Assembly: GCF_040938485.1 (NCBI RefSeq)
Contig: NW_027270981.1
Location: 1,364,001 to 1,428,000, forward strand
Direction of reading: 5' to 3'
Origin: Diadema antillarum
Lineage: Eukaryota
DNA length: 64,000 nt
The number at the start of each line of letters is the position of its first letter. The first letter of the stretch is position 1. Under the pieces are notes generated by a model. It had not been told where the DNA came from, did not search any database, and was given only the letters and a program-made list of their open reading frames with translations. Made by a program: the position numbers and the translations under genes. Shown here one piece after another: positions 16,463 through 30,177 of this stretch.

Positions 16463-16878
16463 CATCGAAATGTGAAATGTGCTAGGTTGTATTTGTTTAT
16501 ATTTATTTTTCATCTTGTTTAAAGAGAGTGTCTTGAGAAAAGGATGATTACCTCTTTAGTTTTCTCTCTTTCTGTATAAAATTCTGTCTAAAAATCTATT
16601 TGAGACGAGTATGATTTTTCCAGAATATGAAATGCCTCATGTGGAATCTTTGTCTGTGAATCAAGAAACCCATGTTAATCTTGTTCATATTTTAACAGCC
16701 ATATTGGACTGTTATTTCAAGGGAGTTAAGTGTATCATGGAAAAATTCTCACTGATTCTGTTAACTAGAAGTTATTTATACAGACCTTGACAACCGTAAG
16801 CAGGTTTCAAACAATTGTTAGCCTATGTGGTAGATGATGACTTGTCTTTGAATCATAATAAATATGATATCTTGACTT

Positions 16879-17397
16879 CAGTGCACTCCCGTTACAACAA
16901 ACACGGTTATAACGAAGTAAATCTACTGGTCCCAAAATTATCACCATTAAAGTCTATGGTATAAAATTCGCTTATAATGAACATGGTTATAGCGAAATTT
17001 CCGTAATAACGAAGTCTTTTCCAAGCGCCACAGACAAAGAAAAACAAAAGAAATGTGCTCCGTTATAACGAAATGCGAATTGCGTTCGAAAATACATAGC
17101 GGAACAAGCATTTATAGCGTCTCTGCATGGGTGAACGCTTCACACCACTGTGTGTTCGCTCCTTGTGTCACGCACAGTGTCTGAGGGGAACTTGCGTTTA
17201 TTATTGTAATACAGTTATCCCATCACATTTCACATAGCTTTGCAGTGTATGATGAGCATTCAGCAAGCAGAATATGATATATATACGTGGTTTCCTTGTT
17301 TTCACCATATATCGTATTTGTTCGGTTATAACGAAATTTCGTTATAACGAAAGAAAACTGCCGGTCCCGAGCATTTCGTTATAACGGGAGTGCACTG
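16879..17397. mobile_element. 519-bp Tigger/pogo-like non-autonomous element
   Basis: CAGTGCACTCCCGTTACAAC ... GTTATAACGGGAGTGCACTG|TA; 20-bp TIRs with one mismatch; long member of the family. Confidence 0.85.
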
Positions 17398-17974
17398 TAC
17401 CTGAAAAGATGGTTGTATTGCATCAATTGTATCGTCACTGGGGTGATAAGACCTTGTATCTGCAATTTTGGTGAAAATTAGTTTTTTTGGATTAATTGTC
17501 AAATAATGGGTTAAGTGATGTCCTGTCCAAATCCCAACTGTCTTACTCCAAAAATGAAGCCACCACGGCATGTCAAAGGAAAGGCTATCCTATTCGCCAC
17601 AGTGCTTTGGCCACCATGTTTTTTGGCTCTCCTGAACATTTGACATTTTGTAGATACGAGGTCTTATCGCCCCAGCGACGATATACAATATTTGTACATG
17701 TACTAGCATTCAGATATAAGAACCAAATGTCATGCTGAAGAAATAATACATAGGATTGCCTTTGCAAAAATATTGTTAGTGATGTTATTTTGTATTGAAA
17801 TGATGAAAAATGCAGAAATAAAACCAACCAACCAAACAAACTTTGAAGCATGGATCCAAATACAGAGTTGGATAGCAAACGATTTATCGATATATCCTTT
17901 CAGAAAAGGGATTGGAATATACAGTACTTGGTGGTGTAGCATACACTGATACCTTCAATGATTTGAGGTACATG

Positions 17975-18140
17975 CAGTGGTGGATCCAGGTGGGGGGTGC
18001 ACTAGGTGTGCCCCCTTTTTTTTCGGGGGGGGGGGGGGGGGGGTTGTTAAATGAAAAGAAATAAAAAGAAAAAATGGAGGGGGGGCATTTAATTTTGTAG
18101 AGGCGCCTCCCCTTTTACGGAATTCCTGGATCGGCCCCTG
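17975..18140. mobile_element. Short MITE with CAG(T/G)GG..GATCCAGG termini and internal poly-G
   Basis: CAGTGGTGGATCCAGG ... CCTGGATCGGCCCCTG; TSD not evident. Confidence 0.65.
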
Positions 18141-18231
18141 TAGTGTACTACATGTAGTTCTACATGTACAGTATGTATTAGAAAGTAACAAAGTGGTCTT
18201 CCGATACTCAGCATGGTGCACAAACATAATA

Positions 18232-18472
18232 CTGTATACGCCAAATATTTCTCAAGGTTTTTATTTTTGCGAATTTCGCGAGTCAGCTGCTATTCGCGAA
18301 AATGAAAACACGCAAAATATTGACTCTTAATGCCAATATGCATGTGACGTACGCATATACATATTCTCCATTCAGTACAGGACTCCACGATCGCGAATTT
18401 AACCGCTCGGGAAATTGTTGGGAAGTCCTGATTCGCGAAAATTTAGACTCGCGAAATATATGGCATATACAG
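18232..18472. mobile_element. 241-bp TA-TSD MITE, second copy of the 6822 family
   Basis: TA|CTGTATACGCCAAATATTT ... AAATATATGGCATATACAG|TA; aligns end to end with 6822-7062. Confidence 0.85.
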
Positions 18473-19112
18473 TACTCTTTATGTCACTTTTCCTTCAATG
18501 TAATACCGCTCTTTATGTTAACTACATTTCGTGTTACCACTCTTCCTGCTGTTCTTACCCAGGGTGAGAGTTCATTATTTCCATGACTTTAAAGGGGTTC
18601 CCCGCACCATGTTCAAGCTGAAATTGGAAGGAGTAAAATCAAACAGATAGTCCAGTACCAGCTCCAGTCACAAAAGTAGAAGAATAATCTCTTCTTACTA
18701 ATTTAGCAAGTATAACTTGTTCTTGGGGGTGGGGTGAGGGATCTTAACAAAACAAAAGAAAAACAAAAAAACAGGAAAAAAAATGTTCAGATAAAACAAA
18801 AGGTTCTTTCCTGAAATTCTTCCCTTGTAAGCTGGGAGGGGTTGCCCCACCTCAGGACCTGTAAGCCCCCCCCCCCCTTCTGCAGCACCTGCAATAGGGT
18901 GATCCATGAACTGACACTGTTCTGTTGTTCTCCTTTTGTGAAAGTCAACTTGAGCACAGTGTAGATTTAAAAACAAAAACAAAAACAGAAAACTGCTACC
19001 CTAGATGAAACTAGGGACCTAGCTGATTCATGAGAGCAAACTGTTAGCAGGTCAGAAAAAATCAACAACAAATAATGATAGGAAACCTGTGTTTCCAGTG
19101 GTGGCATGCAGT

Positions 19113-19146
<34 letters not shown>

Positions 19147-19375
19147 ACAAACCGTAGAAAAAAAAGAAAGAAAAAAATCATATAACTCTTTGTGTGTCTT
19201 CAGAAATCACTGTCGGCCCTCACAATTCACCAACTTCTGACTAGTTGTCAACTGATGAATACAATGTACCAGCATGATAGATAGTCTGCTACAGTTGAAG
19301 TATGTATTATGGAGCCTTGGCACTGAGTCATACTGTCTAAGAGGTAGCAGTGGCAATACCAGAACATACTCAGTA

Positions 19376-19643
19376 NNNNNNNNNNNNNNNNNNNNNNNNN
19401 NNNNNNNNNNNNNNNNNNNNNNNNNNNNNNNNNNNNNNNNNNNNNNNNNNNNNNNNNNNNNNNNNNNNNNNNNNNNNNNNNNNNNNNNNNNNNNNNNNNN
19501 NNNNNNNNNNNNNNNNNNNNNNNNNNNNNNNNNNNNNNNNNNNNNNNNNNNNNNNNNNNNNNNNNNNNNNNNNNNNNNNNNNNNNNNNNNNNNNNNNNNN
19601 NNNNNNNNNNNNNNNNNNNNNNNNNNNNNNNNNNNNNNNNNNN
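19376..19643. other. Assembly gap (268 N)
   Basis: Run of N. Confidence 1.
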
Positions 19644-19970
19644 ACAAAGCAGAAATGGGGTTCGTAAGTACATTGTATAAAGTTACTGGTTTTTTGTTTG
19701 TTTTCACATTTCAGTGTTCAGTGTATGGCTAAACTGACACAGTTTCTGTCCATTCTGTGTAAAGGGAATCTGATTTTGCTTTGATTTTACATGAAAAAGA
19801 AAAAAATGGGGGTGGGGAGAGAAATACCATCAATGGTGTCAATTCTTGGGCATTATTATATTTGATAGACACGGGAAATCTTTAATGCAGACTCCTCAGA
19901 TGATGACATTACCTTCCCACAAGATGTTCTCCCTTGAAGTCTGAACTGAGAATAGGTGGTCTGTTGTGAG

Positions 19971-20185
19971 CGGTGACACAACATTTGCTCCTGCAACAGT
20001 TGCTCCGGTCTTGTTTTCTCCAACGACTTAGGGTTAGGGTTAGGGTTAGGGTTGTGATAAAGTTTTGGGTTAAGTTGATGTGAGGATTAGGGTTAGGGTT
20101 GTGTTTGTGGATAGAATTTATGTTTGGTTTAGCGTTCAGATATTTCATGGGAACAATTGTCTCAGGAGCGAATGTCATAGAACCG
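19971..20185. mobile_element. MITE with imperfect TIRs carrying internal telomere-type (TTAGGG)n
   Basis: Left CGGTGACACAACATTTGCTCCTGCAACAGTTGCTCC; right GGAACAATTGTCTCAGGAGCGAATGTCATAGAACCG. (TTAGGG)4 at 20028-20051 and (TTAGGG)2 at 20087-20098. Confidence 0.65.
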
Positions 20186-20335
20186 TTGTTGCCATCTAAC
20201 GAGAGTGTTCTTGTTCACATTGTGCATGTGACACATTTTGCTACGAGTGCAGACATTTGTGCTGTTCAACAGATATTACTTGATAGTAGGCCTAATAACT
20301 AAAGTGAACCCGTGGGCATCACAGAGTGATGGATT

Positions 20336-21020
20336 GGGTGCACTTCACGAGCTTGACACCCACGAGTCATACAGCCAACAAGTTACTAGTAACAAGCTCA
20401 CGAGTCAGGGTGCACGTCACGAGACCGACACCCACGAGTCATACAGCCTACGAGTCATACAGCTCACCAAGTCATACAGCCCATGAGTTATACAGCTCAC
20501 GAGTCATACAGCCCATGAGTTATACAGCTCACGAGTCATTATACAGCCCATTAGGTTGACACAGAAGCTAACAAGGCCCACGAGACCGACACATTAAGCC
20601 CCGTGTTATATCTGTCGAACTCGTGGGCTGTTTTTACCTAGTGTAGAACTCATGGGCTTTATTTGCCCAGTGTCGAACTCATGGGCTGTATGACTCGTTA
20701 GCTGTATGACTCTTGGACTTGTTTTCAATGTCGAACTCGTGAGCTGTATGACTCGTGGGTGTCGGTCTAGTGGGATGACCCCACGAGTCACACAGTCCAC
20801 GAACTCGACATCAAGTACAATAGGCCTACGAGCTACACGGTCCACGAGCTAGACACAAAGTCTTATTTGCCTATTGTCTAACTCGTGTGCCTGTTTGACT
20901 TGGTGTCTATCTCGCCGGCTCTATGACTCGTGGGTGTGCCGAAATGACTCGTGGGCCTTTTTATCCAATCTCTAGATCGTGGGTCGTATGAATCGCGGGT
21001 TTCTAACTCGTGGATGACAC
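20336..21020. mobile_element. Foldback-type element with arms built from a 16-bp subrepeat CACGAGTCATACAGC(C/T)
   Basis: Left arm carries tandem CACGAGTCATACAGC; right arm carries its reverse complement GCTGTATGACTCGTG. A second copy is at 35306-35995 and a fragment at 40059-40102. Right boundary is approximate. Confidence 0.7.
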
Positions 21021-22961
21021 CGATGTATCACTGATGGAGTGATGGTGTTGACAATGTTGATATCGATCCTCTGACGTTGGTGGTTTTTTACATTCCCTAA
21101 AAAAAAATGATAATAGTAATAAAACAAAGTGCAGTGCCGGGCCAACGTTATTCCCACAGAATAAAGCCGGCAATATTATCATTTCAGCCTAAAAATAGAA
21201 AAGGGATATTACCCACAGTTCCTGTTCGAATTATTCTGTGTTTCAAAAAGCCAAAGTCAACCAAATTTGTTTAAAGATGGCAATACCCATATCGAGAAAG
21301 CATCTGCACTAACTGCGTAATTCTCTCTACATGATAGCAACAGCGACTTTTCCGCCCTTTTTGTCCGGATATGCCCCTAGGAAATTATGTTAAGAGCTCT
21401 GCTGACACTGACACAGTTTTTTGGCTAGGGGTCTGGGGAAACAGGATAAATAGGCCTACATGTATGTTTATATACGTAGGTAAGCCCGTATCTGCAAATT
21501 GGTAGGAATAAAGGAAAAAATATATTATTTATGTTTTAGTAGAACAATCATAAAGAATCACATTATTTACAATGATTTGCATGATTATGATAACTAAATC
21601 ACAGAAACTTTGACCAAGAGAATGGATAGTCTTGTCAGAGAATGTTTCATAAAATTATCCTTTCATAATTTTCCAATGTTTTTATAACTGCCTGTTTCAT
21701 TTATAACTGTGTTTCACTTTTTTCTACTTTCTAGAAAGACTTCTTCAGTTATTCGTTATAGCGAGTGCAGACTTCATATTGGTTGCTGTGTCTGCTGCTG
21801 TCCTATTTTTAACTTATTTTGATACTCAAAGTGCAACAACATCTGAGTATTTTCTCCTCTTTCCTGCGTTTGGGGACAACTCTGTCAGCTCAATATACCC
21901 TCGGTTTAACATTCGCATAATTCAACTCGGTTCAAAGTGCCTATAACTGTTTTTTTTCATTGTCTGGCGGTAAATTACCGCATTGATAGCTTAACGCCCA
22001 CCTCTTCCGCTTGTCTATAGGAAGTTTTGGTGCACTATAAAGTTAAACCATGAAGGTGTTATATATAGAAGGAGTGGAATCTGTTCGCATTTTTTTTTGC
22101 GAATTTTTTTGTAGCATGACAATATTATTGCATGCGTAACTGGCTTTGATGTTCCCTGCTCCACTAGCTGCTATTCGATAGCGTTTGGGTATAGCGGCCA
22201 AACGATTCATGTTTAATTTCACAAATTTTGAGCCATATTTCAGAGGAAATGTTAAAAATCCTCTGCGGAACTTCAGATGATACATGTTTATTTTACGATA
22301 CAAATCTTTCAGGGTTTGGTTTTTTTTTTCAAATCTTGTTATTAATGCCTAGGGAATTAAAAAAAAGGAAAAAGAATGAAAAAAATAAAAATATATTAGC
22401 TATAAAAAGTTACATTCAACGGTCTTGCGCACATTTCGTGCATTTTGTTCGCCAGGTGGAGCGTTTGAATGTTAAATCTGACGGATAACATCATTTGCTT
22501 TTCATTATTTCTTCATGTATACTATCTAACAATAAAGAAGTAAAATTCTACTGATTTTCATTCGCGCGTTCTGTTCTTTGCACACTTGTGAGATCGCTGA
22601 AAAAAAAAATGAAAGGGACAGCGATCTGCTGTTCGCGAGGTTTGCTCATTGATCTCTGCTATTAATAGAGATAAGTGGGTTTGCTGTCATTTATAGGAAT
22701 GATGCAGGTTTTTAACAGAAGCGTTCCCTTTTGTCTAAGCAAAGGGCGCGTAACCTTTCTGCGGCGCGGAGCTTTGGTACAAAATGAGAGGTTCTGCCTT
22801 CCTCTCCTGCTTAGTAACTCCCTGGTGAAACATTTTATGTTGTGGCGCTTAATTAGTTGGTGAATAGTGCTCTACAACTGCAGAGTTTCACTAATTCACT
22901 CTCAAGTTCGCCGGACTATCCGACCAGACGACACCGAGTTGAAATCGTAGCCGGTAACAAT

Positions 22962-25817
22962 ATGGCGGAAGGAAAGAGCCGCACTTTCTTGTGGTGTGTC
23001 CCTCGCTCGATCTCCTCTGCGTTGACGAAGTGTCTCACCGCCACGAAGGATCTCGAAGTCTGGTTCGAGCCGTTCTTCTTCTGCTTCGTTGCCAGACTCG
23101 ACGCCAAGAAGCGACTCGGAGTCGATTTGCCCAGAAGTTACCATGGTAACGAGGACGTTTTCCAGGAAGTAGCCGACTTGCTGAAGAGTTTTTCGCACTG
23201 CACTTTTAAACCGGATCATCTCGCGTAAGTATAAAGACAAGCTTGAAAAGAGGCCTACTCAAATTTGATTAATTGGTTGTATCATAGCTATATGTTACAA
23301 GGATATCATCTCTTTGGTCTAAACGACACTCAATGCGTAACTGTTGATCGTACATACCTCATACGATTACACAATTTAAGATTGTTCAAGAATATGTCAC
23401 GAACTCGTGTAGAGTGATGGCAACATGACTTTGAATTACACACACCTTGTAATGTGCTCAAGGTTTTTCTTGCAACACCAGTGTTTTAAAGCAATGAAGT
23501 GAACAAGAGGGAATCAGCGGAAATTTACCACAATTGTTTTCACAAATTTCAACAGTTGGTGTTCAGACGACAAGCTTGAGATAATCTTAAAGGGAAACTG
23601 AAATGTGTCGAGAAAATAACTTTTTAAGGAACTATTGATATCACTCATACACATAACTTATGGAAATTACACGACGTGATGTTATCGCCACATAATTCTC
23701 TTCAATCGTTTGAACTGAAGGATACCATTTTTTTCTTCAGAAATGATTAACTACGTAATGACTGACCTTCAAAGCAGACTCCCCTCTAAAGAAAAATTCG
23801 TGATTTTATCGTTATAGCATGCCTTGAATGATCCCAAGCCAATCATTTCTTTTTTCTTTAATTCATTCCAAAATGAATGCAATGAAAATTTCCATAAAAT
23901 CCAGTGAAAGTTTAGACTGAGGTGTTATCAATGTTATCATGATTATCAGCACTTCATCCTGAATGCGATTGTGTTCGATATCAGTATGTTTCTTGAAAAC
24001 ATTGCTTGACCTTCGTATTTTTTCTTGAACTTTTGATAAACGTTTTACGATTCTGTTTAGTTGTTGCTAGTTTATTTGTTTTGAGAGTCACTTCGAACAT
24101 GAATGGAGATTCACTTTAGATTGCCACAGCTCCGTCCTCACATGCCGGACAGAAATATTTCTACGGATGAAAGATTTTCCTTGTTCCCGTCAAGTGATAC
24201 TATACTTCCTCCCGCCATGCTTAGATGATTAAACTTCAACAATCGCACCAATAATGGACAAACCGTGCACTGGATCATTCCTTTCTAGGACCTATTCATA
24301 TAAGTACTATAGTAAATTGTAGAGCGCTATTTTGAAACATGCACGTTCAAGTTGGCGGAAGTTGATCATGATTTTGTTGTCATAGAGTAATCGAAGCTCC
24401 ATAGTAGAACCTAATATGGAACTTGTCCATTTCAGGTTTGTGTTTATCGAATAATATTGTCGCAACCACATCTGATACCACATGTGCATGTGCAATGATG
24501 TGTCAAGTTATTATGCTCACTCGTGATGTTTACCAAATGATATTGGTTTCAGCCACATTATGCATATGAGAATGTAATCAACTCTTTCACCATGCTTACA
24601 TAATCTCACTAAAAATAAATGACATGGTTTGCGTCTGTCCCGGGGGTCGGTATTTCAGCGGCGCTACGCGTCCCCCCCCCCCCCCAAAAAAAAAAAAAGT
24701 TTCCCCAATAAATAAATAAATGAATAAATAAATAAATAAATAAAAATAAAATTATGCAATATAAGCGATCCTTTCGTTTTATCTCATGTCAAAAGGAGCA
24801 ATGTGGGTCTATGAGAGACATGTGAGGTTTTGACATTACTTCATTTTAATTGTCATAATGTCGTTGCTAATTAGTCGCTGTTTCCCCCCCCCCCCCCTTC
24901 TTCTTTCATACCACTGAATCGACAGCGACGCTGACATTGAAATAAACATTGTCGATGGCACTTATCAAGTTGAATTGCAACAGAGTTTTGCTCTTCTTGA
25001 AATGGCGAATTTCATATTGAAAAAAAAAAAAAAGATTCCTTGACTCTTTCAAAATACTTGTAACAGCTAAGTGATCAAATTCATATTCACTATTCCAATA
25101 TTGTCATGATGCGATTTCCGCTATATTTTTGTGGGTTTATCTGTATTTCCTTCCTTGCTCAGGTACGAGTCTGTGAAAGAGCGATTGGAAGGAACACAGG
25201 GTGATCACGTGTTCGTCAAGGATATGGGTTTTGCGATGGGAAAGAACGACCTGGCTTGCATCCCGTCGGATTACAAGCACACCTTTCTTATTCGCCATCC
25301 ACTGCGTGTCCTGAAATCCAACCGCAAGGCCATGTTCGATCAATTCTCTCAACTCGGGATGCTGGAGGGAGACGCGGCAGAGGAACAGACCTTCGACCTC
25401 GAGCGGGATGACCCCTACATGACACCCGGGCTCCTTTTCAAGGATCTCTACGACGTCTGGAATCACGTCCGTGAAAACTTCGACGAAGACCCGATCATCA
25501 TGGATGCCGACGACATCCTGTCGAACCCCGCCGAAATGCTGTCGAAGTACTGCCGAGCGGTCGGGCTTCCGTACGACGAAGCGCTTCTGAAATTCCGGGA
25601 AGACCTCGACGTCTTTCAAATTTGGAAGGCGCCAATCGAAGCCGAAGAACTGCGAATGACCGTTTCGGCATTTTCCGGAACCGCGACGAGCAGTGTCGAG
25701 TTCATGTCGGCCAAACCCATGCCTTCACGTGAGGAGATGACGCCTGACGTCACTAGGTGCTCTGACCAGATTATTGCCTACTATGAGGAGATGTACGAAT
25801 GCCGGATGAAGGTTTAA
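22962..25817 (+). CDS. Sulfotransfer_5-family (BCAT-like N-terminal domain) sulfotransferase-like protein, array copy 1, 305 aa
   Basis: Exon 1 22962-23224 (donor GTAAGT, phase 2) plus exon 2 25163-25817 gives 918 nt open. Motifs WCVPRSISSA (5'-PSB-like), WFEPFF, HVFVKDM, HTFLIRHP (3'-PB-like) and PIIMDADDILSNP. No aminotransferase domain follows. Confidence 0.85.
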
Positions 25818-26796
25818 AAACGCAGAATTTCCATTCTGTTATAATGCATGCTCTGCATGTAAAATGTATTGGGAGCTATACTGCATATAATCTTTTGCAT
25901 CTCAGTCTAGAGACGCGATATCTGATTATGTTATCATTCATATTATAATCATAACCAAATGCATGTAATCGTGAACGAACTACATGTACAAGAAAAGGGG
26001 CATTATGATAATTAGTAAGAATGTGATAATGAAAATTGTTGCGAATATATAGGATTGTACACCAGTATAATAGCGTACTAACTAAAGGGAACTAACACTA
26101 TGACACACTCTCTGCTTCATTTATTATACCCTCTGAAGCAAGGGCAAAAACACTGCGACGGAGAAGTTTGATTACAAGAGCGTATTTCAACAAGAGCAGC
26201 GACGACAATTTTGAAGTTACAGAATCCGATGTAGTCGTCTCGTGGTCGCAAATGACTGCACCCATATATACTTGTATTATTTGACTAATAGATTTACCTG
26301 TTTCCGTGAAGTGATATTGGTTTCATATTATTTAATTCACACACACTCTCTTCTCCTCATTATTTGCTCGCATTTGGCTTTAGTTATGTGACAACGAAGG
26401 AAGCATAATCGTTATGAGCACTCTACCACGGGACTCACAGTTTGAGGTTCCATCCGAATGAACGAAGGTACTAAAACTACGAAGACATCTGCGCGTGACC
26501 CATAATTCATGTCATCCAACCTGGAGGAAGTTGATTCCATGATAGAATTCGAGATAAAGCCTGTTTTGTTCCTTTTGATTATTTAAACGAAATAATTAAT
26601 GGCATGAGCGTTCTCAGCAAGCTTTTTGGCATTGTGAATTTGAACCCCCCCCCCCCCATCAGACACCGTGTAAATGGAATGACATTCAAGTTATTGAAAT
26701 TTCAATACGTATGCGTCGCTCCAGAAACTTTATTGGTTTCTAAAGGAAAATTAGAAAAAAGAATCAGCTCATGATATGCATAATAATAACAAACCT

Positions 26797-27140
26797 AAAA
26801 GGATGGTTTAGTTTTGGTTGAGACTGGGCTCCAATCTGTTATGAATTATGTTAGGGCATATAATTCTAAGAGGAATTCACATTCTATTTAACGAAAATAT
26901 GTTTTGAAATGGCCGAGATATCTAAAACAAAGCTATCAACATAAAAGGTGGGACCCACCTTTTATTAGAATCGCTTAGTTTTACTTTGTTTTTTAATATA
27001 TTGGCCATTTCAAAACCGATGTTTATGAAATATTACTTTGAATGCCTCTTAGAATTGTATAGTCTTTAACATTTCATAAAGCGCTTTCTAAGTTTCTCGT
27101 AAAAAGTTAAAAACTGAATCGTTATCTAAACTAATACTAT
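26797..27140. mobile_element. Degenerate Kolobok-like palindromic MITE
   Basis: Imperfect terminal inverted repeats (TTAGTTTTGGTTGAG ... GTTATCTAAACTAA) around a central palindrome AAAGGTGGGACCCACCTTT. Resembles a common echinoid repeat recalled from memory. Confidence 0.5.
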
Positions 27141-28961
27141 AAGAGGAATTCTTAGTGTCAAAGACTGTTTTAACATGAATGAGTAATTTGTTTGTTGTTT
27201 GTTTGTTTGTTTTTATAGGTTTTTTTATAAGTGTTTACTGCATCGCGTGGTACACGAAAAAATTTAGACAAGATTGACTTCTGGAAGCAAGCATGCATAT
27301 TAAGGTTATGAGTGCTGGTGACTAGAAATCTCCTTCTATCGGCAAGTTGTCACCAGTGGTAAATGTTGAAGCATGTACACCTTATGTAAAGGGAATATTA
27401 CAAAATAGGCATTAAAGATCGGATTAGATTCTGCTCTCTTATGCACTTTTGTGCCCTATACAAAACTATCATCATGTGCGATACCCATTGCACGTGATGG
27501 TACATTTTCAGAGTAATCTATGGCAGATATACGGCTATTAAGTAACCAAACTCACGAATCTTATTATGATTTATTACTCCAGTGACTCGTAATACATTGA
27601 ACTTATAATTACGGAGGTCAAACTGTGCTAACAAAGCAATTTAAAGATAATCATGGATAGAGGGTGTAAGATAGGAGTTATCGCATCAGGATGAACATTG
27701 CTGAGCCCACCAACCAGTGCGAACCGCAATGTGTGTGAATAATGGTTGATGTACATGTACTTTAATTTAATACATTAAAATGTTCTCTTTTGTATCTACG
27801 AGAAAAAAAGAATCGTTGTTGCGTCTAGACTACTTTGTATGATATTATTTATATCAGTTTATGAGACTGTCGAAATGAATTTGGTCGTATATCGTAATGA
27901 TATAGTAATCAGGTCCTGCTACTGCAGCATATTGTGTGAGGTACTGTATGCACTGCACTGGTGAAGAAATTTGAAACAAAAAATAACCGTATTAATATGG
28001 TCAAGGATACCATTTTCTCAATCGCTCTCTTGTTTTCGCCATGATCGTTTCCATCCACCGTTAATCTGAAAGAATTCGATGTAAAAAGAAATGCAGAAAA
28101 ACATTATGAACGATGTACGACGCATTATAGCTTTATAGTTTTTCGGTTTGTTTTGTTTCAACTTGTTTTGTTTCATTTTGTTTTGTTTTGTTTTGTTTTT
28201 ATCCAACGGACGAGATTGGCTGCCTTCAAAAGCGTACATTCAATATACTTTAAGAGTATACTACATTATACTATGTCATATCATACAACGTATACTGATG
28301 AAAGTAATTCATATGATAATTATGCCAAGATTTTTTGATTATCATTTTGATGCTGCATTGACAATGGAATTCAGAAATAAAAGTGAATTGAACCGACCTG
28401 AACGATGTATCACGAAGCATACTTTCATTGTCAAGCTGTAATCTCTCATAGCTTACTGTAGCTATTCAGACATCGTTTTGTATTGTATTTTCTCTTTTTG
28501 ATCAGATCCTAACTGCTGGTTTTGTGTCTTCCTCTTTTCGATGAGCCATTGATACAGACGCCACGCCATTCAAAGTTCGAAAAACACTGTGTCACGTGAC
28601 AGGAAGCCCCGTTCCAGCGAACTATGTTGATAACCACTGGCTCCATATACAATTTAGCTATATCGTCTTGTCATAGTTGACTCTGTGGCAAAATTTGTAT
28701 AACAATTTCATGAGAAAGATCAATATCAAACCTGCACCTACATATCAAAGGTTAAAGTATAATATTCACACTATACAATGTATTATAGAACAAATTAGCA
28801 TAGACATTTGCTATGAGTATTTCAATTGTCATTGAAAGTTTAATGCATGCAGTTTTTATTGTCATTTGGCTCCGACGAGTTTCAGGTGTGACAAAACATC
28901 AACAGCAACTCTGAGCGACTTGAAAGGAAATGTCCTGATTGGTCGCGTCATGAGCGCATAC

Positions 28962-30177
28962 TGTTGCAGGGCAGGGTTCAGTAATTAGTACAGGGGGCTG
29001 GGTGAAAGACTAGGAGGCAGGGTAGGTCAGCTGCTGCTGCCCTGCAAAAAGTGTGACATCGCTCTCTTTGCTGCTGGATTTGGTATTGGAAGGACGTGTG
29101 AACACACTCTCTTTCTAGAACCAAGAACCTGCTCTCAGCCCTCAGGAGCCGAATACTCGGTGAGTCCAACCTCTGTGGTAAGTCGTATATTGACGGGATA
29201 TTTGTATATCACGAATCAAATGGCAAACCCTGATGTTGTTTTCCCGTCGGTCTGGCCACCTCAAACGGGAAACTGCTTCGCTGTCGACGAATACATCCAT
29301 CAGGGTAGGATCTTACCCCATACTGGATGGTAACCAACATTTCGTCCAGATATGTCTGGGACAAGATGCAAGAGGCTCTGCCAAAATTTGCGTAGGCAGG
29401 CCTAGGCTCGAGTGTGCCTATAAAATCAAGTATTAGGGAGGCTAGGGAAGATCCCGTGTGGTTATTCCATACTGGGGTCCCCATTGGAAGGGTAACATAA
29501 TATCCCCGACGACCAGATACAGACCGATCTTACGGTCAAAGGATGAGGTATCCAAGGCCGCTAAGTGATGCGGGAAGTGAACGGGAATAAGTGTCCCCTG
29601 TTTGCAATCCAGTTTTGGTTCGATAGGGGAAAGAGGATAGAAAAAATAAATGCAATAGAGGTGAGTGTAGTTAGTATCTGCATGTGCATGAAAACAGGGG
29701 ATATTGTACAGAACAACACCGTTAGAGGCGTTCTGCATCCCAAGAGGGCACATTGTAGGCAAGGATAGTCTTGTAATGGACTTTAGGGATTTTGTTATGT
29801 TTAGAAACGTGAAGCACAGTCCTGTCGGCAGAGCACCTTGTTTTCTTTGCAGGGGCAAGCAGGTAGGTTCAAATTACGGCATTTGGCACACAGGTTACAC
29901 CCCCATTCCGCTGTTTTGAGACTCTTTTGTTCAGCGGCAGCCATAAATAAGTTGCGTGAGCATAACCATCAGTATATAGGGGCCTATAGGAACATGTGAT
30001 GTCCTCTGATTTCCCACTCTCCAGTGTATGAGATAACCCTATTTCTTTCAAAGGGCAGCTTGGTAAGTCTTTTATTGACTGGGTATATATCTATATCACG
30101 AATCATATTATAGCATAAATAACCCTGAGGTGGTGAATTTCCGTCGGTCTGGCCACCTCAAACGGGAAACTACTTCA
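28962..30177. mobile_element. 1216-bp insertion with TG...CA termini and 4-bp TSD (ATAC); solo-LTR-like or other non-autonomous retroelement
   Basis: ATAC|TGTTGCAG ... CTACTTCA|ATAC. The paralogous site upstream of copy 3 is empty (GCATTACCTATGA, about 37196-37208). TATAAAA at 29419 and AATAAA at 29645. Internal direct repeat at about 29177-29279 and 30062-30177. Confidence 0.75.

Noticed and set aside
19207-19732. Long ORFs spanning N runs (also 12772-13440 and 37443-37839)
   Set aside because: They are open only because N codons contain no stops.
20028-20098. Chromosome-fusion scar
   Set aside because: The TTAGGG tracts are short, in one orientation only, and enclosed by TIRs of a small element.
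20336-21020. CRISPR-like array
   Set aside because: The 16-bp units are head-to-tail without unique spacers, occur in both orientations, have no cas genes nearby, and the context is eukaryotic.
25137-25619. Antisense or alternative-frame ORFs over array exons (also 32498-32815, 39267-39620) and over RFC3/PFAS exons
   Set aside because: These are expected shadows of GC-rich coding sequence, with no independent signals.
29442-29858. 138-aa ORF inside the TG..CA element as a retroelement protein
   Set aside because: No gag, protease, RT, integrase or tyrosine-recombinase motifs were recognisable.
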